A stretch of DNA of 64,000 nt, taken from Bdellovibrionales bacterium (GTDB taxonomy: Bacteria > Bdellovibrionota > Bdellovibrionia > Bdellovibrionales > UBA1609). The notes under the pieces were generated by a model that saw nothing but the letters and a program-made list of their open reading frames with translations, was not told the origin of the DNA and ran no database searches. The stretch lies in contig JAAOIH010000003.1 of the NCBI GenBank assembly GCA_015163875.1, forward strand, positions 10,347-74,346, in the 5' to 3' direction. The position numbers and the translations under genes were made by a program. Below, piece by piece: positions 18,420 through 26,591 of the stretch. Every line of letters begins with the position of its first letter. The stretch's first letter is position 1.

Positions 18420-19691
18420 ATGTCAGGTTATAACTTAGATGGATTTTCTAAATTAAGTAGGTCTAAAAGATTTGAAAAACTTTTAGAATTAGGTTGTTTA
18501 ACTAAAAAAGATGTTAAACTTTTGCAAGGGCCTTACCCAATACCTGTAGAATTGGCAGAAAATTTTATTGAAAATGTTATTGGATATTTTCCTATGCCAT
18601 TTGGAGTTGCAACTCATTTTGTAATTGATAATAAAGATTATATTATCCCAATGGTAGTTGAAGAAACTTCTATTATAGCAGCAGCTAGTAAAACTGCTAA
18701 GTGGATTAAAAATAATGGTACAATTATTACAGAAAGCTTAGGCTCGCTTTCTATAGGGCAAATTCAAATTGCTGATGTAAAAGATTTTAATAATTTAAAA
18801 AATATTCTTGAAAAAAATAAACTAGATTTAATTAATCAAGCAAATTTAAAAGTTGCCAATGGTTTAGTAGCAAGGGGCGGAGGAGTAATTAATTTAGAAA
18901 TTAAAAAACTTGATAATATGGCAATTATACATGTGCTTGTTGATACTTGCGAAGCAATGGGAGCTAATATTATTAATCAAGTTTGTGAATTTTTAAAAAA
19001 ACCTATCGAACAACTAAGTTTAGAAAAAGTAAGTATATGTATTTTAACTAATTTAGTAGATACAAAATTAGTTAAAGCTAAAGTAACTTTAAAAAATTTA
19101 GATCCAAACTTATGTTTAAAAATTGAACAAGCATCTAGATTTGCAGAAAAAGATCCTTATAGAGCTGCAACAAATAACAAAGGCGTATTAAACGGAATTG
19201 ACCCTATATTACTTGCAACAGGAAATGACTGGAGAGCGGTAGAGGCAGGAGTTCATAGTTACGCAAGTGCTAATGGAAAATATAGCTCAATTACTAAATG
19301 GAGATCAAAAAATTCTGGAACTTTAGTTGGGACTTTAATAGCACCAATTGTTGTTGGAACAGTTGGAGGGGTTACAAAATTGCACCCAATGGCTAAAATG
19401 AGTTTACAAATTTTAAAAATATCCTCTTCTAAAGAATTATCTAAAGTATGTGCCGCTGCAGGATTAGTTCAAAATTTAGGAGCATTAAAAGCTTTAACTA
19501 CAGAAGGAATTATTGAGGGGCATATGAAGCTGCATATTAAAAATTTAGTTATGTCTATAAACGAAGAAGAAAAGCTTAACAACAAAGAGTCAGAGTTGTT
19601 ATCTAGTGGTTTAGAAAATTTACTTATCAAAACTAAGCGTGTTTCTTTACAACATGCAAAAACTATTTTAACAGAAATTAGATATAAATAA
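18420..19691 (+). CDS. mvaA: hydroxymethylglutaryl-CoA reductase, class II
   Basis: ENVIGYFPMPFGVA, VVEETSIIAAAS, EAMGANIIN and NNKGVLNGIDPILLATGNDWRAVEAG motifs. Confidence 0.9.
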   Translation: MSGYNLDGFSKLSRSKRFEKLLELGCLTKKDVKLLQGPYPIPVELAENFIENVIGYFPMPFGVATHFVIDNKDYIIPMVVEETSIIAAASKTAKWIKNNGTIITESLGSLSIGQIQIADVKDFNNLKNILEKNKLDLINQANLKVANGLVARGGGVINLEIKKLDNMAIIHVLVDTCEAMGANIINQVCEFLKKPIEQLSLEKVSICILTNLVDTKLVKAKVTLKNLDPNLCLKIEQASRFAEKDPYRAATNNKGVLNGIDPILLATGNDWRAVEAGVHSYASANGKYSSITKWRSKNSGTLVGTLIAPIVVGTVGGVTKLHPMAKMSLQILKISSSKELSKVCAAAGLVQNLGALKALTTEGIIEGHMKLHIKNLVMSINEEEKLNNKESELLSSGLENLLIKTKRVSLQHAKTILTEIRYK

Positions 19692-19715
19692 TAAGCCAGC
19701 CTGCAATACTAAATT

Positions 19716-20849
19716 TTGGAGAAAGCTATTTTAAATTGTTTTAATAAATATTTAATAGATATTTATATTCCAAGTAAAACTTTTTTATTAGGAGAGTATC
19801 TTGCTTTAAGTGGAGGCCCTAGTTTATTAATAAACACTCCAAAAAATTTTATTTTAAAAATTAATCAGCCTGATGATTGTAATTTTTTAAAACAAATTAA
19901 TAATAAAAAAACTCATCCTGCTTTTTTATTATTAAAAGACTATATAGGGCAATTAAATACTTGCGATACAGATAAATTTAAAAATTTTTTTAAAAATTGT
20001 TCTTTTAAAGATCCATATAATGCCAGCGGAGGTTTTGGCTGCTCTGGAGCAGAGTTTTTATCTGTTTATATTATTATTAATTTGCATAAACTTTTTTTTA
20101 ATAAAAAAGAAAATATTTTAAATACAACAAATACAACAAATGCTGACAACAAAATTAGTATACAAGAGTTTAAACAAAAATGGGACACTTTTTTAAATAC
20201 AGAAAAAAAAGAATTAAATGTTTTTTATACATTTAAAAAATTAACTAATTTAGGCAGTGGATTTGATATATTATCACAATTATTTGGCTCATTAGTATTT
20301 TTAGAATTTTTAGATAAAAATTTAGATTCACATAGTTTAAATTCACATAGTTTAGATTCAGCTAATATCTCTAATTTTAAATATAAAAACTTTTATTGGC
20401 CATTTAAAAATTATCAATTTTCTATTTTAAAAAGTAAAAATAAAGTTGATACTTATAAACATTTATCAAGCATAACAAAATCAAAATTAGATATTGTAAA
20501 AAAAGCTTTAACGCCAACAGTAAAAAAAGCTTTTATAGCTATTGATGAAAAAAATATAGATAATTTTTTATCCTCCGTAACAGAGCAGCAAAAAATTTTA
20601 GAAAAACAAGGGCTTGTTTGTTTAGAGTCTACAAATACAGTTAAAGAATTTAATAAAATACCAGAAATTTTAGCTAGCAAATCTTGTGGAGCTTTAGGGG
20701 CAGATACATTTTTAATTTTTTATAGCTCAGACAGCAAAGACATTATAAAAGAAAAAATAAAGACTAGTAAAATTCTATCTTCTTTGTTATTTATTAAAGA
20801 TAATTATTTATCCGATGGTTTAAAATTACAAATTAAAGATATAAAATAA
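19716..20849 (+). CDS. mvaK2: GHMP-family kinase, probable phosphomevalonate kinase
   Basis: N-terminal PSKTFLLGEYLALSGG (PMK-like). Degenerate GHMP motif GGFGCSGAE. C-terminal KSCGALGADTF. Sits between HMGR and MVD. TTG start. Asn/Thr-rich low-complexity insert. Confidence 0.65.
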   Translation: MEKAILNCFNKYLIDIYIPSKTFLLGEYLALSGGPSLLINTPKNFILKINQPDDCNFLKQINNKKTHPAFLLLKDYIGQLNTCDTDKFKNFFKNCSFKDPYNASGGFGCSGAEFLSVYIIINLHKLFFNKKENILNTTNTTNADNKISIQEFKQKWDTFLNTEKKELNVFYTFKKLTNLGSGFDILSQLFGSLVFLEFLDKNLDSHSLNSHSLDSANISNFKYKNFYWPFKNYQFSILKSKNKVDTYKHLSSITKSKLDIVKKALTPTVKKAFIAIDEKNIDNFLSSVTEQQKILEKQGLVCLESTNTVKEFNKIPEILASKSCGALGADTFLIFYSSDSKDIIKEKIKTSKILSSLLFIKDNYLSDGLKLQIKDIK

Positions 20850-20874
20850 ACTGCTCATAATATGGACTTAAATA

Positions 20875-21933
20875 ATGACTTATTTTGACAACAAAGACTC
20901 TTTTAAGCATCAGGTATTAAAAAAATCTCCATCTAATATTGCTTTAATTAAATATATGGGCAAATTACCAGGTACAAAAAATTTACCTGCAAATCCGTCT
21001 TTGTCTTATACTTTAAAAAATTTAACCACATCTGTAGCTGTTAATAAAAATATTACTATAACAAAATCTGCGGCTAAAATTACAGATAAAGATACATCTA
21101 CATTTAACTTGTGCCAAGACCAGTGGAAGCCTTTAGATTCTAAATTAAAATTAACAAAAAAATCTCAAGAAAGATTTTTAAAGCATTGGTCTTATTTAAA
21201 AAAATATTTTAATATAAAAGGCTCTTATACTATTTTGTCATCTAATAATTTTCCAGCATCTTGTGGACTAGCAAGTTCTGCATCTAGTTTTTCTGCCTTA
21301 ACTAAAGCAGCTTATCAAATCTCTTTAGATAATGGTAAAAGCAAATTAAAATTAGTTGATTTAGCAAACTTAAGCCGAGCTGGGTCTGGATCATCTTGCA
21401 GATCTTTATTTTTAAATTGGGCAGAGTGGGACGGAAGTGATGTTAAAGATTTACCAGTTCACAAAGATTATATAAATTTAAATCATAATGTTTTATTAGT
21501 TTCAACAAATACAAAAAAAGTGTCTTCATCAGAAGCTCATAGTAGAGTTTTAGAGCATTCAGATTTTAATAATAGAGTAAAAAGATCAAAACAAAGATTT
21601 GTAAAATTAAAAAATCTTTTAACAAAGCCAAATCAATTTTTAGCTATCAAAGATCTTGTTTGGAATGAGTTTATAGACATGCACCAATTATTTGAAACCT
21701 GTCCAAAGCCTTTTTCTTATTTTACTCCTGTTGTAAAAGATATTTTAAAAGATTTAAGTTATTTTATAACAGAGCAAAAAATTAATTTATTAGTTACAAT
21801 GGATGCTGGCCCTAATATTCATTTATTATATCCAAAAAAAGAAGAAGATAAAATAAAAATATATTTATACAAGCTAACAAAAAAATATAAATTAACAGAT
21901 TTAGGTACTTTTAATAAAAATACAAATGTTTGA
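20875..21933 (+). CDS. mvaD: diphosphomevalonate decarboxylase
   Basis: APSNIALIKYMGK, FPASCGLASSASSFSAL, SRAGSGSSCRS and TMDAGPNIHLL motifs. Confidence 0.9.
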   Translation: MTYFDNKDSFKHQVLKKSPSNIALIKYMGKLPGTKNLPANPSLSYTLKNLTTSVAVNKNITITKSAAKITDKDTSTFNLCQDQWKPLDSKLKLTKKSQERFLKHWSYLKKYFNIKGSYTILSSNNFPASCGLASSASSFSALTKAAYQISLDNGKSKLKLVDLANLSRAGSGSSCRSLFLNWAEWDGSDVKDLPVHKDYINLNHNVLLVSTNTKKVSSSEAHSRVLEHSDFNNRVKRSKQRFVKLKNLLTKPNQFLAIKDLVWNEFIDMHQLFETCPKPFSYFTPVVKDILKDLSYFITEQKINLLVTMDAGPNIHLLYPKKEEDKIKIYLYKLTKKYKLTDLGTFNKNTNV

Positions 21934-22798
21934 AATTAAAACACACAGTAAATGCATTATCACGGGAGAGCACTCTGTATTAAGGGGAAAGTCTGCCATA
22001 GCCGTTCCGTTAAAAGATAAATTTTTAAAATTTATTTTTAAACCAGGTGGAAAAAAATTAGATATTATTTTTAATTCTAATTCTAAAATAATGCAGTTAT
22101 TATTTAATAATGTTTTTAATATAGTTTTAAGTAAAATTTCAGAAAAAGTAATTGATATAAAGGGTAAGTTAATTATTGAAAGCACTTTATCTTTTGGATC
22201 AGGCCTTGGTAGCTCTGCAGCTCTATGCTCTGCTATAAGCTTATGGTTAAAAGAGCTAAATGTAATTAAAAAAGATCAAGTTTTTGATTTTGCAAAATCT
22301 TTAGAAGACTCTTTTCACGGGACAAGCAGCGGTGTAGACATTGCAGCTGCTTTATCTAGCTCAACTATTTTATTTAATATTAACTCAGGTTTTAAAAAAG
22401 TTAATTTTAAAAATTCTCCATTTTTGGCCTTAAGTAATTCTGAATCAAAAGGTTCTACTAAAAAAGCAGTATTACAAGTTCAAAACTGGATAAAAAAAAA
22501 TCATAAAATCCATGCTAAGTTAGATAATGCAATTCAAAAAGCTACAGATTTAATTTTAGAAACAAAAAATTTAAGCAGAACCCAATCTGTGCCTTTTTTT
22601 AAAGAAGCTTTTGATTTATCAAAAAATTCTTTTAATAAGTGGGGACTTATAACTACAGATTTACAAAAACATATGTTAGATTTAAAATCAAGCGGAGCAA
22701 TTGCAACAAAGCCTAGTGGAGCAGGTCTTGGAGGCTGTGTTTTAAGTTTATGGACAACAAAACCTAAAGATAAAAATTTAACATTAATTAAACTATAA
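21926..22798 (+). CDS. mvk: mevalonate kinase
   Basis: IITGEHSVLRGKSAIA, GSGLGSSAALCSAIS and KPSGAGLGGCV GHMP motifs. Overlaps mvaD by 8 nt. Confidence 0.8.
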   Translation: MFEIKTHSKCIITGEHSVLRGKSAIAVPLKDKFLKFIFKPGGKKLDIIFNSNSKIMQLLFNNVFNIVLSKISEKVIDIKGKLIIESTLSFGSGLGSSAALCSAISLWLKELNVIKKDQVFDFAKSLEDSFHGTSSGVDIAAALSSSTILFNINSGFKKVNFKNSPFLALSNSESKGSTKKAVLQVQNWIKKNHKIHAKLDNAIQKATDLILETKNLSRTQSVPFFKEAFDLSKNSFNKWGLITTDLQKHMLDLKSSGAIATKPSGAGLGGCVLSLWTTKPKDKNLTLIKL

Positions 22799-22809
22799 AT
22801 AAAAATATT

Positions 22810-23502
22810 TTATTTTAAATATTCTGATTTAATAAATTTTAACTGACTATCTAGTGTATATAAAATAGGCTCGCCAGTAGGTATATTTAAGTCCAAAAGT
22901 TTTTGTTCACTTAAATCTTCTAAGTATTGCATAAGCGCCCTTAAGCTGTTTCCATGAGCAACTATTAAAATAGTTTTATTTTGTTTAATTTGTATTGCAA
23001 TATCTGAATGCCAAAAATCTAAAACTCTTTTTTGCGTATCTTTTAAAGATTCCCCTAATACAGGATTTTTTATTTCACTATATTGCTGCAAATTAAAATC
23101 AACATCTTTTTCTAACAAAGGAGGGGGAGTGTCAAAACTTCTGCGCCACATATGAACTTTATCTTTTCCATATTTTTTTCTAGCCTCGTCTTTGTTCATT
23201 CCCTGCAAAGCGCCGTAATGTTTTTCGTTTAATTTCCAAGATTTTTTTGTAGGTAAATTATGTATATCCATAGACTCTAAAACATAAAAAAGAGTATTTA
23301 CAGATCTTTTTAATACTGAGCAAAATGCAAAATCAAAGCAGAGTTTATTTTTTTTAAGTATTTGTCCAGCATCTTTGGCTTGTTGTATCCCTAAAGTGCT
23401 TAAATCTATATCTTTCCATCCAGTAAAAAGATTATCTTTATTCCACAAGCTTTGCCCATGCCTTAACAGAACTAATTTATAAAAAGTAGTTTTCGCCGTC
23501 AT
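22810..23502 (-). CDS. gpmA: 2,3-bisphosphoglycerate-dependent phosphoglycerate mutase
   Basis: LVLLRHGQSLWNKDNLFTGW and VAHGNSLRAL motifs. I place the start at the ATG at 23502 (MTAKTTFYKLVLLRHG) rather than the track's 23541, matching usual GpmA N-termini. Confidence 0.88.
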   Translation of the reverse strand: MTAKTTFYKLVLLRHGQSLWNKDNLFTGWKDIDLSTLGIQQAKDAGQILKKNKLCFDFAFCSVLKRSVNTLFYVLESMDIHNLPTKKSWKLNEKHYGALQGMNKDEARKKYGKDKVHMWRRSFDTPPPLLEKDVDFNLQQYSEIKNPVLGESLKDTQKRVLDFWHSDIAIQIKQNKTILIVAHGNSLRALMQYLEDLSEQKLLDLNIPTGEPILYTLDSQLKFIKSEYLK

Positions 23503-24472
23503 CTGCTTCACAATAAATATCATTTTCACAATTGTCATCATTGCGTATTAAATTATCACTTTTTTTAGAATTTAATGCATTGTCTATTTCTTTTTTTATA
23601 CTAGTAATTTTAACTATACCCTCTCCAGAGCAATTGTCTTTTTTTAAACAAACATTTGTTAAATTGCATGAATTTTCTAAATTATATTTATAATCTGTTT
23701 CACCCCTTACTAAAATTCCCTCTACCTCGTATGTTTTTGAATTTAAAACAGCTGAGCCAGAATTTCCTTGAAATGTATCTAAGTTTGCTAAAAAACTAGT
23801 TTCACTAACTTTAGAAACTCTTGCCCCACCTTTTGTAATTTTTAAAGGTATCCCTGATGGGTAACCCATCACAAAAATTTTTGTATTTTTTTGTATTAAA
23901 CCTTTTGTTCTAATTTTAAGAGGCTTTCTGTCAGTAACAGGTCTGTCTAATTTAATAATACTATGATCTAAAAATGTATCATCACTTTGAGACATTAATT
24001 CTTTGCAAAAATAAATAGAGCTTTTGGGTATTTGAATTTGTTTTTGTGTTTTTGTAGAAAATTTATAATCAAAAACAAAATGTATATTTTCACAATCTGA
24101 TTGATCTAAAGCACAATGTCCTGCAGAAATAATTAAATCAGGAGCAATTAAAAAACCAGTGCAAAATGCAGCTGCTGGTTGATGTAAATATTTTTCTGAA
24201 GAGCATAAGTTGTAGCTGTCTTTTAAAGTATATGCATTAATTTTAAATAATGTTTCTGCATCATTGGCAGCTTTTAAAGACGATGAATCAAACAATGCAA
24301 CAGTTGCTAAAGATAAGTCTCTTATTTTTTTATCTTTAATTTCATAAAAATCTTTACGATTATCTTTGTCATATATTACTTTTGGTTGAAAATTTATTAA
24401 TTTATTTTTTGTAAAAGATCTACTTAAATTAAAAAAACTAATAAATAAAAAAAATAATACAAAACGAATCAC
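23477..24472 (-). CDS. secreted trypsin-like serine protease (S1 family, V8/Glu-endopeptidase-like)
   Basis: Signal peptide. His motif LIISAGHC and Ser motif FQGNSGSAV. Cys-rich acidic C-terminal tail. Confidence 0.8.
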   Translation of the reverse strand: MIRFVLFFLFISFFNLSRSFTKNKLINFQPKVIYDKDNRKDFYEIKDKKIRDLSLATVALFDSSSLKAANDAETLFKINAYTLKDSYNLCSSEKYLHQPAAAFCTGFLIAPDLIISAGHCALDQSDCENIHFVFDYKFSTKTQKQIQIPKSSIYFCKELMSQSDDTFLDHSIIKLDRPVTDRKPLKIRTKGLIQKNTKIFVMGYPSGIPLKITKGGARVSKVSETSFLANLDTFQGNSGSAVLNSKTYEVEGILVRGETDYKYNLENSCNLTNVCLKKDNCSGEGIVKITSIKKEIDNALNSKKSDNLIRNDDNCENDIYCEADDGENYFL

Positions 24473-24599
24473 TATTCCTCCTTGAATAATATATTTTACA
24501 AGTATTTCAGTTAAAAAGATTCTGTATATGTAACTTGTTTTATTAGAATAGCAGAATTATTTTTGTTTAAAAAAAATTATTAAACAAACATGACTAAAA

Positions 24600-24683
24600 A
24601 AAGTCTTAAGCCTAGAAAAATATTTTTACTCTAAAGTCTTAAGGCTAGAAAATTATTTTTTCACTTAAAAGACTTAAGGCTTG
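24600..24683. promoter_or_regulatory. three copies of AAAG(T/A)CTTAAG(C/G)CT at 33-35 bp spacing upstream of the protease gene
   Basis: Copies at 24600-24615, 24633-24648 and 24668-24683. The first two share ~30 bp including the following A/T tract. Each contains the palindrome CTTAAG. Function is not established. Confidence 0.4.
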
Positions 24684-24721
24684 ATTTATTTTTTTATAAA
24701 AAAATATTTAGATATAATAAT

Positions 24722-26089
24722 TTAAACAGAATCAAAACTATAGCCAAAGTTTAAAGCTCGGCCTTGTGGTTCTTTGATTACTAACTGACTGTCTTTAACT
24801 ACAACAGCGCCATTAACAACACTATGTATTGGCCAGCCTTTAACTTTTTTATTTATAAATGGAGAAGGGGCTAAAGACACTAAAATATCTTCGGTTATAG
24901 TTTGCTCTTTTTTTAAATCAACTAAGCTAAGATCAGCATCAAAGCCCTTACATATTAAACCCTTGTTTGTTATATTATACCTAAGACTAGGGTTAAAACT
25001 CATTAGCTGTACAAGTTTTAAAAAAGACATTTTTTTTTGATTAACAGCATCAAGCATCAAAGCAATACTAGTTTGCACTCCTGGAATTCCAGCAGGAGAC
25101 AATGGATATTTTTGATTTTTTTCACTTAAACTATGCGGGGCATGATCTGAACCTATAATATAAATTTGATTATCTTTAATAGCCTCCCATAAAGCATCTT
25201 GATGTTTTTGCTCTCTAATAGGAGGGTTCATCTGTGCATAAGATCCAAATTTGTTGTAACAATCAGGCGAGCTTAAAGTTAAATGTTGTGGAGTTGCCTC
25301 TAAAGTAATTAAATTTGGATATTTTTTTTGAACAGTCTTTATAAATATTAATTCCTGTTTTGTGCTAATATGAAGAATATGTATAGATCTTTTATTTTTA
25401 ATAGCTAAATCCACAATTCTTTTTGTTGCTATAAGTGCAGTTTGCTCGTCTCTTAAATAAGGGTGATCTGATACTTTAAGTTCTTCTTGGCTTATTAATG
25501 TTTTTCGTTGTTGCAGTCTGCTTTCATCTTCTGCGTGAATGGCTATAGTTTTTTGTCCATTTTGCAAAACTTGATTTAAATAAATATCATCATGTAATAA
25601 AAGGTCTCCAGTAGACGAGCCCATAAAAATTTTAATTCCACAACAATGTTTAATTTGCTCCATTTTTTTTAAATGTTTAGCATTTTTGGCAGTTGCCCCT
25701 AAAAACAAACCGTAATTACAAAAACTTTGGTTTTTAATTTTTAATAATTTTTTGTTAAAAGAATCTTCATCTGTAGTTGAAGGCTTAGTGTTTGGCATAT
25801 CTAAAACACTTGTTATACCTCCTAAAACTGCACCTAAGCTTCCATTTTTAAAGCCCTCTTTATAATCTAAACCAGGAGTTCTAAAATGAACCTGAGTGTC
25901 TATAAAACCAGGGCTAATATGTAAATGTTTTGCATCTAAAGTTTTGCAAGCTTTGTTTGTAGAAAAAGAACCAATCTCTATAATTTTTTTATCTTTAATT
26001 AAAATATCTAATTGCTCTAGCTTCCAACTTTTGCTTGTTGGATGTCTAATAGCTATGTTGCCATTTTTAATAAGAAGGTCAGCATTCAT
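24722..26089 (-). CDS. pyrC: dihydroorotase-like cyclic amidohydrolase (class I DHOase/allantoinase family)
   Basis: Motifs MPNTKP, GIKIFMG, AIHAEDE, HILHIST and GSDHAPH. The first metal motif reads DTQVH instead of D-x-H-x-H. Confidence 0.8.
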   Translation of the reverse strand: MNADLLIKNGNIAIRHPTSKSWKLEQLDILIKDKKIIEIGSFSTNKACKTLDAKHLHISPGFIDTQVHFRTPGLDYKEGFKNGSLGAVLGGITSVLDMPNTKPSTTDEDSFNKKLLKIKNQSFCNYGLFLGATAKNAKHLKKMEQIKHCCGIKIFMGSSTGDLLLHDDIYLNQVLQNGQKTIAIHAEDESRLQQRKTLISQEELKVSDHPYLRDEQTALIATKRIVDLAIKNKRSIHILHISTKQELIFIKTVQKKYPNLITLEATPQHLTLSSPDCYNKFGSYAQMNPPIREQKHQDALWEAIKDNQIYIIGSDHAPHSLSEKNQKYPLSPAGIPGVQTSIALMLDAVNQKKMSFLKLVQLMSFNPSLRYNITNKGLICKGFDADLSLVDLKKEQTITEDILVSLAPSPFINKKVKGWPIHSVVNGAVVVKDSQLVIKEPQGRALNFGYSFDSV

Positions 26090-26090
26090 A

Positions 26091-26591
26091 TTATAAAGTA
26101 GTGTTTAATTTTTTGTATATTTTTAACTCTTGAACAATGCGATATAAAATAATTTTTTCTTCTACCTGATTACTCAAAATATTAACTTCTTCTGATAAAA
26201 AGTTTTTTTTACTTTTAATTTGTTTTTCTATTTTTATAGTAGATGTTTTATTATCTAAATGTTTTGTTATATAAATACGAATTTGATAAAAAGACTTAGT
26301 TGTTTTTACAGAAGGGTCTTTAAAAATACTATTTAGCCTAATCCATCTAGTAAAAATTAAACCTTTTTCGTAATCAGTTTTTTTAATAGGGTATTTTTGA
26401 GCTGATTGCTGTGCAATTTTCCATAAAATATCATAGTTTTCTTTAAAAGTTTTTTTAACTTTTTGTTTGACTGCAGTGTCAAAAGGATTGCTTGGCACTA
26501 AAGCACAAGACAAACTAAAAAAACTAAGTAAAGAATATATACTCAGTTTTTTTAAAATATTACAAAAGTTCTTGTAAGCTACGAGTGGCAT
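26091..26591 (-). CDS. hypothetical lipoprotein
   Basis: Lipobox-like FFSLSC after a hydrophobic N-terminus. Ends 1 nt before the pyrC-like start and overlaps the upstream gene by 32 nt. Confidence 0.55.
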   Translation of the reverse strand: MPLVAYKNFCNILKKLSIYSLLSFFSLSCALVPSNPFDTAVKQKVKKTFKENYDILWKIAQQSAQKYPIKKTDYEKGLIFTRWIRLNSIFKDPSVKTTKSFYQIRIYITKHLDNKTSTIKIEKQIKSKKNFLSEEVNILSNQVEEKIILYRIVQELKIYKKLNTTL

